Shown here in pieces: positions 34,493-43,224 of a DNA stretch of 56,920 bases. The notes under the pieces are model-generated. The model did no database searches and was not told where the DNA came from. It worked only from the letters and a program-made list of their open reading frames with translations. The stretch covers positions 1 through 56,920 of the forward strand of contig CANQFX010000001.1 of assembly GCA_947600015.1 (NCBI GenBank), in the 5' to 3' direction. Position numbers and translations under genes: made by a program. Source of the stretch: an uncultured Bacilli bacterium. GTDB taxonomy: Bacteria; Bacillota_I; Bacilli_A; RF39; UBA660. Position 1 is the stretch's first letter; each line of letters opens with the position of its first letter.

Positions 34493-35881
34493 ATGAATAC
34501 AGAAACGAATGATGAAGTAGTATATTTACATTTAGATGATATTATACCAAATCGATTTCAACCACGCGAAGTATTTGATGAAAAAGCATTAAAAGAACTC
34601 GCTGTATCAATAAAAGAACATGGTGTAATTCAACCAATTATTGTAAGAAGTGTAAATGGAAAATATGAAATTATTGCTGGTGAAAGAAGATATAAAGCCT
34701 CTGCTTTAGCTGGATTAACAAAAATTCCTGCTATTATTAGAGATTTAGATGATAAAGAAAGTTCTAAAGTAGCCTTGCTAGAAAATTTACAAAGGAAAAA
34801 TCTAAATCCAATAGAAGAAGCAAGAACATATCAAAAAATTTTAGAATTAGATGAAATGACACAAGAAGATTTAGCAAAAACAATGGGGAAAAGTCAATCC
34901 GCAGTAGCAAATAAATTAAGATTATTATCTTTACCAGATGAAATTCAAGATGCGCTATTAAAAGAACAAATTTCAGAACGTCATGCTAGAACTTTGCTAA
35001 ATATACCAGAAGAGAAAACACAAAAGGAAATGTTAAAAAAAGTAATAAATGAAAAAATAACAGTACGAGCTTTAGAAGAAGAAATCAAAAAAATGTATCC
35101 TAAAGAAAATGAAAAAGAAAATGAAGAAATACCAGAAAATGTAGTAAATGCAAAGGAAACAGTGTCTACAAATGATTTTGTAAATACAAATCCATTAATG
35201 CCAACAGCAGAATTACCAGAAGATACATCGAATTATGGAAAAGTGACAATTGTTCCTCCTAAAGAAGATAATGCAGAAGACACAATGGTAGATGAAGAAA
35301 AACCAACGCCTAAATTTATCAATTATGGAGAAATTAAAGATGATGAGGAAGAGGATGCTGAAAATGATGTTCTTTCTAACACAATAGAACCAATTGATAT
35401 CAATAAGATGAAAGAAACAGCAACGGATATTAATGACAAAAAACCAGAACCAGTAGCAGATTTAGATAGTCTTTTAAATTTAAATTTACCACAAGAGAAG
35501 GCTCAAGAAGTACCGAATGAAAATGGCTTTAAGTTTATTACTCCAGCAGAAGAAATTATAAAAAGTGATGAAGAAGAAAGTAAACAAGAACCAACAGGAG
35601 ATTATTTTAAAACTCCAGATTTAGTACCAGTAGAATTACCTTCTGAAATTCCAACTGCAAAAACAGAAAATGTGTCCATTAATTCTGTATTAAATGAAAC
35701 TCCAACGATAAATGCTCCAGCAGAAAATAAAGAACAAATTTCAATTGATACCGCAGTAGATAAAATAAGAGATTTAGTAAAAGAATTAAAAACGAATGGA
35801 ATAAAAGTAGAAACAAATGAAATGAATTTTGAAAAATCATATCAAATTATTATCAAACTAGATAAAAATAATAATGAATAA
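34493..35881 (+). CDS. noc: Nucleoid occlusion protein Noc (ParB-family), atypically long (462 aa)
   Basis: It occupies the rsmG-noc-soj-spo0J position. ParB N-domain motifs IIPNRFQPR and GERRYKA are present. The HTH GKSQSAVANKLRLLSLP...ISERHARTL carries Noc-type residues (Q, K, R), where the Spo0J paralogue has R, M, G. The C-terminus DKIRDLVKELKTNGIKVETNEMNFEKSYQIIIKL resembles the Noc C-terminal domain. Confidence 0.85.
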   Translation: MNTETNDEVVYLHLDDIIPNRFQPREVFDEKALKELAVSIKEHGVIQPIIVRSVNGKYEIIAGERRYKASALAGLTKIPAIIRDLDDKESSKVALLENLQRKNLNPIEEARTYQKILELDEMTQEDLAKTMGKSQSAVANKLRLLSLPDEIQDALLKEQISERHARTLLNIPEEKTQKEMLKKVINEKITVRALEEEIKKMYPKENEKENEEIPENVVNAKETVSTNDFVNTNPLMPTAELPEDTSNYGKVTIVPPKEDNAEDTMVDEEKPTPKFINYGEIKDDEEEDAENDVLSNTIEPIDINKMKETATDINDKKPEPVADLDSLLNLNLPQEKAQEVPNENGFKFITPAEEIIKSDEEESKQEPTGDYFKTPDLVPVELPSEIPTAKTENVSINSVLNETPTINAPAENKEQISIDTAVDKIRDLVKELKTNGIKVETNEMNFEKSYQIIIKLDKNNNE

Positions 35882-36021
35882 AGATGGTATTAATAAAAAA
35901 GTGGATTCAAAAAAAGAAAAATCTTTTTCTTTTCAAAAATCTACTTTTTTTGTCAAAAATATTTCAAAAAGAAGAAATCTTTGGTACAATATAAGAAGTA
36001 CAATGGGAAAAAGGTGATTAG

Positions 36022-36807
36022 ATGGGAAAGATTATTTCATTAGTAAATCAAAAAGGTGGCGTAGGAAAGACAACAACAAGTATTAATCTTTCCGCATCTT
36101 TAGCAGTACTTGGAAAAAGAGTATTATTAATTGATTTAGATCCACAAGGAAATACTACAACAGGAGTAGGAATTAATAAAGCTGATATTGAAAAAAGTAT
36201 TTATGAAGTTCTAATAGGTGAATGTAAAATATCAGAAGCGATGATAAAAACAAAATATAAAAATTTATATGTTCTTCCTGCTACAATTCATTTGGCAGGA
36301 TTGGATATTGAATTGATAGAAAAAAGTAGACAAAACAATGGTTTTTTAAAGGGTGAACAATTGAAAATTCATTTGCAAGATATAAAAGAAAGTTTTGACT
36401 ATATTATTATTGATTGCCCTCCTTCTTTAGGAGTAATTACAACAAATGCCTTAACTGCCTCAAACTCAGTTATTATTCCAGTGCAGTGTGAATTTTTTGC
36501 TTTAGAGGGAATTACTCAATTATTGAAAACAATTATGCTAGCACAAAAAAGTTTAAATCCAACTTTGGATATCGAAGGAGTTTTGCTTACGATGCTAGAT
36601 TCTAGAACAAATCTTGGTTTTGAAGTAGTAGAAGATATTAGAAAGTTTTTTAAAGAAAAAGTATACAATACAATTATTCCCCGACTAGTACGGTTAACAG
36701 AAGCTCCATCACATGGAGAACCTATCATTGCTTATGATCCAAAAAGTAGAGGATCAGAGGCATATGTGAATTTAGCGAAGGAAGTGATTGAACGAAATGG
36801 ACAATAA
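36022..36807 (+). CDS. soj: Chromosome partitioning ATPase ParA/Soj
   Basis: Deviant Walker A NQKGGVGKTTT. 261 aa. It lies immediately upstream of parB. Confidence 0.95.
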   Translation: MGKIISLVNQKGGVGKTTTSINLSASLAVLGKRVLLIDLDPQGNTTTGVGINKADIEKSIYEVLIGECKISEAMIKTKYKNLYVLPATIHLAGLDIELIEKSRQNNGFLKGEQLKIHLQDIKESFDYIIIDCPPSLGVITTNALTASNSVIIPVQCEFFALEGITQLLKTIMLAQKSLNPTLDIEGVLLTMLDSRTNLGFEVVEDIRKFFKEKVYNTIIPRLVRLTEAPSHGEPIIAYDPKSRGSEAYVNLAKEVIERNGQ

Positions 36808-37684
36808 AAGAAGAGCTTTAGGAAGAGGGTTAGAAGAATTATTTAATAATGAACCAATAGATTATAACAAAGTAGAAGAAAAAATTTTAACAACTACGCC
36901 AAAAGAACAAATTACCATGGTTAAAATAGAAGAATTAAGAAGCAATCCGTATCAACCTCGAAAAGTATTTGATGAACAAGCATTACAAGAATTAGCAAGT
37001 TCCATTAAAGAACATGGAGTATTTCAACCCATTATTATTAAAAAAAGTATTAAGGGGTATGAAATAATTGCTGGAGAACGTCGTGTAAAAGCATCAAAAA
37101 TCGCAGGATTAACAGAGATTCCTGCTATTATTCGAGATTTTAATGACACAGAAATGATGGAAATAGCACTATTGGAAAATTTACAAAGAGAAAATTTAAG
37201 TGCCATAGAAGAATCCCAAGCTTACAAAAAATTACAAGAAACGCTAAACTTAACACAAGATCAATTAGCAAAACGACTTGGAAAGAGTCGTAGCCATATT
37301 ACAAATATGTTAGGATTATTAACATTACCAGAATCTATTCAAGAAAGAATTAATAATAAAGAAATATCGATGGGACATGCAAGAGTATTAAGCAAATTAG
37401 AAAATAAAGATCAACAAGAATCATTAACAAAAAAAATTGTAGAAGAAGGGTTGAGTGTTAGAAAATTAGAAGAATTAACTCAATCAAATCAACAATTTGC
37501 AAGAACTCATCAAATAAAACCAAAGAGACAAGAAAGAAATGAATATCATTATATAGAAGAGGAATTATGTGAACAATTAGGAACAAAGGTAAAAGTGACA
37601 AGTAATAAAATAGAAATAAGTTTTGTAAATAGTAATGATTTAAATAGAATATTAGAAATTATAAATATTAAACCTGGGAGGTAA
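36797..37684 (+). CDS. spo0J: Chromosome partitioning protein ParB/Spo0J
   Basis: ALGRGLEELF, NPYQPRKVF, GERRVKA, and the HTH GKSRSHITNMLGLLTLP. The ATG at 36797 is preferred over the TTG at 36788. Confidence 0.93.
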   Translation: MDNKRRALGRGLEELFNNEPIDYNKVEEKILTTTPKEQITMVKIEELRSNPYQPRKVFDEQALQELASSIKEHGVFQPIIIKKSIKGYEIIAGERRVKASKIAGLTEIPAIIRDFNDTEMMEIALLENLQRENLSAIEESQAYKKLQETLNLTQDQLAKRLGKSRSHITNMLGLLTLPESIQERINNKEISMGHARVLSKLENKDQQESLTKKIVEEGLSVRKLEELTQSNQQFARTHQIKPKRQERNEYHYIEEELCEQLGTKVKVTSNKIEISFVNSNDLNRILEIINIKPGR

Positions 37685-37686
37685 AA

Positions 37687-38508
37687 ATGATTTCTTTAAT
37701 GGATCTAATTAAAATAGATTTAAAATATATTTTTTATCCACTACTATATATCTTACTAGGAATGATTTCTTATACACTTTTAAAAAAAATCGTATACAAA
37801 ATAACTTCTTCGAATGAAAAAAAACTAAAATCTTCCCAAAAACAAAAGTTAAACACCATGAGGATTTTAATGCTAAATATATTAAAATATGGAGTTGTAA
37901 TTTTAGTTTTCTTAGCAATTCTTTCTGTTTTTGGCGTAAATATAAAATCAATTTTAGCAGGATTAGGAGTAACAACAGTATTATTAGGGTTAGCATTACA
38001 GGACTTAGCGAAAGATTTTATTGCAGGAATATCAATTATAACAGAAGGACAATATGAAGTAGGAGATACCATTGAAGTAGATGGTTTTATGGGTGAAGTT
38101 GTTTTTGTAGGATTAAAAACAACGAGAATAAGAAACTATAAAGGTGCAACCAAAATTATTGCAAACCATTATATGGATAATATAATTAATTATAGTCTTC
38201 ACAATTCTTTAGCAATTGTAGATGTATCAACAGGGTATGAACACGCTCCAGAAGAAATAGAAAAAGTATTAAATAAATTAGCAAAAAAATTAAATGGAAC
38301 AATAAAAGAAGCAACGGGAGAAATAGAAATACTAGGAATAGAAAATTTAGAGGATTCGGGAGTGATTTATCGAATAACATTAGAGGTGGAATCAATGAAA
38401 CAATATATCGTAGAAAGATATTTACGAAAAGAGGTAAAAAAAGCTTTTACTGAGGCAAACATAAAAATTCCTTATCCTCAAATTGAGGTGCATCATGGAA
38501 GTAAATAA
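37687..38508 (+). CDS. Small-conductance mechanosensitive channel (MscS family)
   Basis: Three TM segments followed by LQDLAKDFIAGISIITEGQYEVGDTIEVDGFMGEVVFVGLKTTRIR. Confidence 0.85.
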   Translation: MISLMDLIKIDLKYIFYPLLYILLGMISYTLLKKIVYKITSSNEKKLKSSQKQKLNTMRILMLNILKYGVVILVFLAILSVFGVNIKSILAGLGVTTVLLGLALQDLAKDFIAGISIITEGQYEVGDTIEVDGFMGEVVFVGLKTTRIRNYKGATKIIANHYMDNIINYSLHNSLAIVDVSTGYEHAPEEIEKVLNKLAKKLNGTIKEATGEIEILGIENLEDSGVIYRITLEVESMKQYIVERYLRKEVKKAFTEANIKIPYPQIEVHHGSK

Positions 38509-38695
38509 AACAAATTATACACTAGGAACAAAAGTAATCATGAAAAAACAACATCCCTGTGGTTCTAATGAATGGGAAATTGTTAGAATCGGGGCAGATA
38601 TAAAAATAAAATGTTTAAATTGCGGACGGACCGTTTTAATTCCTAGAATAGAATTTAATAAAAAAATAAAAAAGATAATTTCTCAGGAAGGATAA
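38495..38695 (+). CDS. DUF951-family small protein
   Basis: MKKQHPCGSNEWEIVRIGADIKIKCLNCGRTVLIPR is a typical DUF951 CxxC/PCG pattern. The ATG at 38495 lies behind a GAGGTG RBS. Confidence 0.7.
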   Translation: MEVNKTNYTLGTKVIMKKQHPCGSNEWEIVRIGADIKIKCLNCGRTVLIPRIEFNKKIKKIISQEG

Positions 38696-38699
38696 TATT

Positions 38700-40295
38700 A
38701 TGAATGATAAAAGAAGATTAAAATTAAAAAAATTTTATTTTCATCCAATTACAGTATTTTTATTTCTAATATTTATTACAGTAATTTTAAGTGCCATTTT
38801 ATCACTATTTCAAATGCAAGCAACGTATAATACAGTAAATACAAATACAAAAGAATTGGAACCAACGCTAGTTGCTGTGGAGAATTTGCTGAGTTTTGAC
38901 GGCATGAAGTTTATGATAAGTAATGCTGCCGTAAACTTTTTAAGTTTTAATCCCTTAGGTACCTTGTTAATTTCATTAATTGGCTTAACGATTGCTGAGG
39001 GAACAGGATTTATTGAAATATTTTCCAAAAGAGTATTAAAAAAAATTCCTAAATCTACATTTACGTTTATTCTCTTATTTATTGCGACAATTTCATCGTT
39101 AATTAATGAAGTAGGATACAGTATTTTAATTCCCCTAGCAGCTTTAATTTACTTTATTAACGGAAGAAATCCAATTTTAGGAATCACTACCGCTTTTTGC
39201 GGAGTAGCATTTGGATACGGAGTATCGATTTTTGTTGGATCTACAGAAATTTCTTTAATCGATTATACAAAAAATGCTGCCTTATTAATTGATGAATCTG
39301 CCCATATTTCTCTTACCTCCAATTTAATATTTATTATAGCAGCATCCATCTTATTATCCATAATTGGAACGATTATTATAGAGAAAATTATTGCTCCAAA
39401 AATAGGAAAGTATAAAAAAGAAGAAGAGTTTGCAAAGACAGAGCAATATCGAATTATTAATTTAGAAGAAGAAGAGCAAAAAGAAATAGAAAAAGATCGT
39501 AATGAAAAGAAAGGACTAAAATGTGCTTTAATTGTTGCGATTATTGTGATTTTTGCATTCATTTATATGTTAATTCCAAATCTTCCTTATTCTGGAATGT
39601 TATTAGATATGAAGGAAACAACTTATCTTAATCAATTGTTTGGAGAAAATGCTTATTTTCAAGATGCATTTACTTATATTATTTCAATTTTATTTATTGC
39701 AACAGGAATCGCTTATGGAATAGGATCGAAATCAATTAAGAATGATAAAGAGATTGTTTCAAACGCAAGTAAAAATTTCGAAAAAATAGGAAGTATATTA
39801 ATTTTAATTTTTGTTGTTTCACAGTTTATAGCGATTTTTAGAAAAACCAATATAGGAGTTGTAATTACGGCATGGCTGGCAAGTTTATTAGAACATTTAG
39901 AAATTACAGGAATTCCATTAATTATCGTATCATTAATTCTCATTGCAATATCTAATTTTGTGTTAACGGGAACTTCTGCAAAGTGGCTTATCTTCGCTCC
40001 TATTGTTGTACCAATGTTTATGCAATCGAATATTTCTCCTCAATTCGCTCAAATTGTTATGCGTGCTGGAGACTCTATGACAAATGGTTTTACTCCCCTA
40101 CTCGCTTCTTTTGTAATCTATTTAGGATATTTAAATATTTATAATTTGAATAAAGAAAAACCATATACAATAAAAAAATCTCTAAAGATGATAAGTCCTT
40201 ATTTCTTATTAATTAGTTTATCTTGGATTTTACTTATTGTCGGTTGGTATGTGATTGGACTTCCTATTGGTCCAGGAGTATACCCAACAATATAA
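38700..40295 (+). CDS. AbgT-family transporter (aminobenzoyl-glutamate/antimetabolite efflux type)
   Basis: 531 aa, polytopic. The N-terminal pattern FLSFNPLGTLLISLIGLTIAEGTGF is typical of AbgT. Confidence 0.75.
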   Translation: MNDKRRLKLKKFYFHPITVFLFLIFITVILSAILSLFQMQATYNTVNTNTKELEPTLVAVENLLSFDGMKFMISNAAVNFLSFNPLGTLLISLIGLTIAEGTGFIEIFSKRVLKKIPKSTFTFILLFIATISSLINEVGYSILIPLAALIYFINGRNPILGITTAFCGVAFGYGVSIFVGSTEISLIDYTKNAALLIDESAHISLTSNLIFIIAASILLSIIGTIIIEKIIAPKIGKYKKEEEFAKTEQYRIINLEEEEQKEIEKDRNEKKGLKCALIVAIIVIFAFIYMLIPNLPYSGMLLDMKETTYLNQLFGENAYFQDAFTYIISILFIATGIAYGIGSKSIKNDKEIVSNASKNFEKIGSILILIFVVSQFIAIFRKTNIGVVITAWLASLLEHLEITGIPLIIVSLILIAISNFVLTGTSAKWLIFAPIVVPMFMQSNISPQFAQIVMRAGDSMTNGFTPLLASFVIYLGYLNIYNLNKEKPYTIKKSLKMISPYFLLISLSWILLIVGWYVIGLPIGPGVYPTI

Positions 40296-40315
40296 CACCC
40301 TTTGGTGTTTTTTTA
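40294..40315 (+). terminator. Intrinsic terminator after the AbgT gene
   Basis: AACACC-CTTT-GGTGTT followed by TTTTT. Confidence 0.65.
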
Positions 40316-40395
40316 ATGTAGATATTTAAAGGAAAATATGATATTATAAAAAGCAAAGAAAAAAGAAATGAATATAGGAAGAAAAGAGGAAGAAT

Positions 40396-41496
40396 ATGAG
40401 TCTAACAGCAGGAATTGTAGGATTACCAAATGTTGGGAAATCCACCTTATTTAATGCAATTACTAATCAAAAGATATTAGCAGAAAATTATCCATTTGCT
40501 ACAATAGAACCAAATGTTGGAGTGGTAACTGTACCAGATAAACGCATGGACGAGTTAAAAAAAATGTATGACCCAAATCGTTTTATTCCTACAACATATG
40601 AATTTACAGATATTGCAGGACTTGTCAAAGGAGCAAGTAAAGGAGAAGGATTAGGAAATAAATTTTTATCTCATATTAGAGAAGTTGATGCCATTGTTGA
40701 AGTTGTAAGATGTTTTGATAACAGTAAAATAATTCACGTAGAAGGAACGATTGACCCAATAAGAGATATAGAAACAATCAATTTAGAATTAGCTATTGCC
40801 GATTTAGATATTATTAATAATAGATTAGAAAAAGTATCGAAAAAAGCAAGAACGACAAAAGATAAAGATACAATAATAGAAGTGGAAACTTTAGAAAAAG
40901 CAAAGAAAGCTTTAGAAGAAAATAAACCACTAAGACAAATAGATTTTAGTAAAGAAGAGAAAAAAGTATTAAAGTCATATAGCTTTTTAACAATAAAACC
41001 CATTATTTATCTAGCAAATATAGAAGAAGATGAATTAGAAAAAGAAGATAATAGCTATGTAATACAAGTGAAAGAATATGCCAAAAAAGAAGGGTCACAA
41101 GTAGTAAGTTTATGTGCTAAAGTAGAAGAAGATTTAAGTGAGCTAGAAGAAGCTGATAAAAAAGAAATGCTAGAAGCATTAGGATTAACTGAATCAGGTC
41201 TAGATAAATTAATAACGGCAACTTATGATATTTTAGGACTTGCAACCTATTTTACTGTAGGAAAAGATGAAGTAAGAGCATGGACATTTAAAAAAGGAAT
41301 GAATGCCAAGGAATGTGCAGGTATAATTCATACTGATTTTGAAAAAGGATTTATAAGAGCAGAAGTAATATCATATACTGATTTAATAGAGTATGGAAGC
41401 GAATTAAAAGTAAAAGAAGCAGGAAAAGCAAGACTTGAAGGAAAAGATTATCTAATGCAAGATGGTGACATTTGTCATTTTCGATTCAATGTATAA
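40396..41496 (+). CDS. ychF: Ribosome-binding ATPase YchF
   Basis: GIVGLPNVGKSTLFNA. 366 aa with a C-terminal TGS-like domain. Confidence 0.95.
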   Translation: MSLTAGIVGLPNVGKSTLFNAITNQKILAENYPFATIEPNVGVVTVPDKRMDELKKMYDPNRFIPTTYEFTDIAGLVKGASKGEGLGNKFLSHIREVDAIVEVVRCFDNSKIIHVEGTIDPIRDIETINLELAIADLDIINNRLEKVSKKARTTKDKDTIIEVETLEKAKKALEENKPLRQIDFSKEEKKVLKSYSFLTIKPIIYLANIEEDELEKEDNSYVIQVKEYAKKEGSQVVSLCAKVEEDLSELEEADKKEMLEALGLTESGLDKLITATYDILGLATYFTVGKDEVRAWTFKKGMNAKECAGIIHTDFEKGFIRAEVISYTDLIEYGSELKVKEAGKARLEGKDYLMQDGDICHFRFNV

Positions 41497-41509
41497 AGGA
41501 GGAATAAAT

Positions 41510-42004
41510 ATGAAAATAAAAGAGTTATTATTACAAAAAAAGAAACAATTATTAGCATACTCTCTAGTTGCAGGACTAGGATTATCTACATTAACAGGAT
41601 GTGATGGTGAATTTTCATATAATACAGGTGATAATGGACAAATAGAAGTATCAGATACAATTTCTTATAATAATCTAATTAAATGTGAATTTTTAGTTTT
41701 TCACTATCCAAATAATAATATGCAAATATATATGGCTGAAAAACAAGAAAATCTATATACAAGTAAAATTATTTTCAAATATTATTACGACATAGAAACG
41801 AATCTAGAAATACTTTACATAAGTAATAATCATTCTGAAAAAGATAATGGCCTTGAATCATTTGAAGAATTTAAAGTAGAAAATTTTCTAATAGAGCATA
41901 AATATCAAAAAAATGAATATACAATAGAAGATATAAGAAAATATATAAATGAATTCAAAGTAGAGTATCAAAATAATAAAAATAAGCAATTAATAAAAAA
42001 ATAA
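41510..42004 (+). CDS. Hypothetical lipoprotein
   Basis: MKIKELLLQKKKQLLAYSLVAGLGLSTLTGC contains a lipobox. An AAGGAGG RBS lies 7 nt upstream. The ORF-track extension back to 41462 overlaps ychF and was removed. Confidence 0.65.
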   Translation: MKIKELLLQKKKQLLAYSLVAGLGLSTLTGCDGEFSYNTGDNGQIEVSDTISYNNLIKCEFLVFHYPNNNMQIYMAEKQENLYTSKIIFKYYYDIETNLEILYISNNHSEKDNGLESFEEFKVENFLIEHKYQKNEYTIEDIRKYINEFKVEYQNNKNKQLIKK

Positions 42005-42012
42005 TAAAAAAA

Positions 42013-42041
42013 TTTACAAATAATAAATAATTTGTTATAAT
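42013..42041 (+). promoter_or_regulatory. SigmaA-type promoter of rpsF-ssb-rpsR
   Basis: TTTACA, a 17-nt spacer, then TATAAT preceded by a TG (extended -10 TGTTATAAT). Confidence 0.65.
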
Positions 42042-42047
42042 ACATAC

Positions 42048-42081
42048 GAGTATGCGAAATACTCCTTGCCACATAGGTGGC
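42048..42081 (+). promoter_or_regulatory. Structured rpsF 5' leader (two hairpins; candidate S6:S18 autoregulatory element)
   Basis: GAGTAT-GCGAA-ATACTC (42048-64) and GCCAC-ATAG-GTGGC (42068-81) lie between the promoter and the AAGGAGG SD. Confidence 0.4.
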
Positions 42082-42108
42082 CGAATAGTCCAAAAGGAGG
42101 TGTAAAAT

Positions 42109-42396
42109 ATGGATAAATATGAAATTATGTTTATCGTAAAACCAGATATGGAAGAAGCAGAAATTAAAAAAACAGCAGAAGATATGAAAAAAGTTTTAGT
42201 AGATCAAAAAGCAAATATCTTAGAAGAAAAACCAATGGGACAAAAAGAACTTGCTTATGAAATTCGTAAGTTTAAAACAGGATACTATTACTTATATGTA
42301 GTTGAAGGTTCATCTACTGCTGTGAAAGAATTTGATCGCGTTGCTAAGATTAATGAAAATCTACTTCGCCATTTAATCGTTAAAGTAGAAAATTAA
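42109..42396 (+). CDS. rpsF: 30S ribosomal protein S6
   Basis: MDKYEIMFIVKPD.... rpsF-ssb-rpsR operon. Confidence 0.95.
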   Translation: MDKYEIMFIVKPDMEEAEIKKTAEDMKKVLVDQKANILEEKPMGQKELAYEIRKFKTGYYYLYVVEGSSTAVKEFDRVAKINENLLRHLIVKVEN

Positions 42397-42414
42397 TAGA
42401 AAAAGAGGTAATTT

Positions 42415-42894
42415 ATGAATAAAGTAGTTTTAATTGGAAGATTAACGAGGGACCCAGAATTAAGATATACAGGGAATAATACACCCGTTGCATCTTTCAC
42501 TTTAGCTGTAAACCGAACTTTTGCAAATCAAGCAGGAGAAAGAGAAACGGACTTTCTTAACATTGTTGTTTGGAGAAAGCAAGCAGAAAATGTAAAAAAT
42601 TATTTAAGCCAAGGAAGTCAGGTTGCGGTAGAAGGTCGCATTCAAACAAGAAGTTATGATGGACAAGATGGACAAAAACGATATGTAACAGAAATTGTTG
42701 CAGATAATGTAGAATTTTTAGGCTCAAAGTCAAATTCAAATAGTTCTAATCAATCTACTTCTAGTAACAATGAAGAACCAACTCCATATGATTTTGAATC
42801 TGCTCCTGAACCAAAAGGAACAGATGTAAGCAATAATCCTTTTGCAGATTTCGGTGCAAATATTGAAATAAGTGATGACGAATTACCATTCTAA
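42415..42894 (+). CDS. ssb: Single-stranded DNA-binding protein
   Basis: [19 protein letters not shown] is an OB fold. Low-complexity tail ending in the acidic tip DDELPF. Confidence 0.95.
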   Translation: MNKVVLIGRLTRDPELRYTGNNTPVASFTLAVNRTFANQAGERETDFLNIVVWRKQAENVKNYLSQGSQVAVEGRIQTRSYDGQDGQKRYVTEIVADNVEFLGSKSNSNSSNQSTSSNNEEPTPYDFESAPEPKGTDVSNNPFADFGANIEISDDELPF

Positions 42895-42906
42895 AAGGAG
42901 GAAAGT

Positions 42907-43125
42907 ATGGCAGAATTTGTAAGAAGAAAGAAAAAAATATGTATGATGTGTGCAAAAAAAGCAACTGTTGACTATAAAGATCCTGAAACTTTAAAACGAT
43001 ATGTTAATGAACGAGGAAAAATCGTTCCTAGAAGAGTGACAGGAACTTGTGCTCTACATCAAAGAGTAGTTGCACAACAAATTAAAAGAGCTCGTGCAAT
43101 TGCACTAATGCCTTATACAAAGTAA
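42907..43125 (+). CDS. rpsR: 30S ribosomal protein S18
   Basis: [13 protein letters not shown]...DYKD...[24 protein letters not shown]. Confidence 0.95.
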   Translation: MAEFVRRKKKICMMCAKKATVDYKDPETLKRYVNERGKIVPRRVTGTCALHQRVVAQQIKRARAIALMPYTK

Positions 43126-43129
43126 AAAT

Positions 43130-43158
43130 AAGTATATGCAAAATATACTTTTTCTTTT
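43130..43158 (+). terminator. Intrinsic terminator after rpsR
   Basis: AAGTATAT-GCAAA-ATATACTT followed by TTTCTTTT. Confidence 0.6.
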
Positions 43159-43224
43159 GTAGAAATATTAGACAAAATACCTAAATTATTATATAATAAA
43201 AGTGATATTTAATAGGAGGCAGAA

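Noticed and set aside
35890-35960. AGTGGATTC upstream of soj as a DnaA box
   Set aside because: Only the TCCAC core matches. The sequence is better explained as the 5' arm of the long noc terminator hairpin (AAAAAGTGGATT...AAATCTACTTTTT).
41462-41509. Upstream extension of the lipoprotein ORF (MVTFVIFDSMYKGGIN)
   Set aside because: It overlaps the ychF 3' end. The AAGGAGG RBS and the lipoprotein signal peptide begin at 41510.
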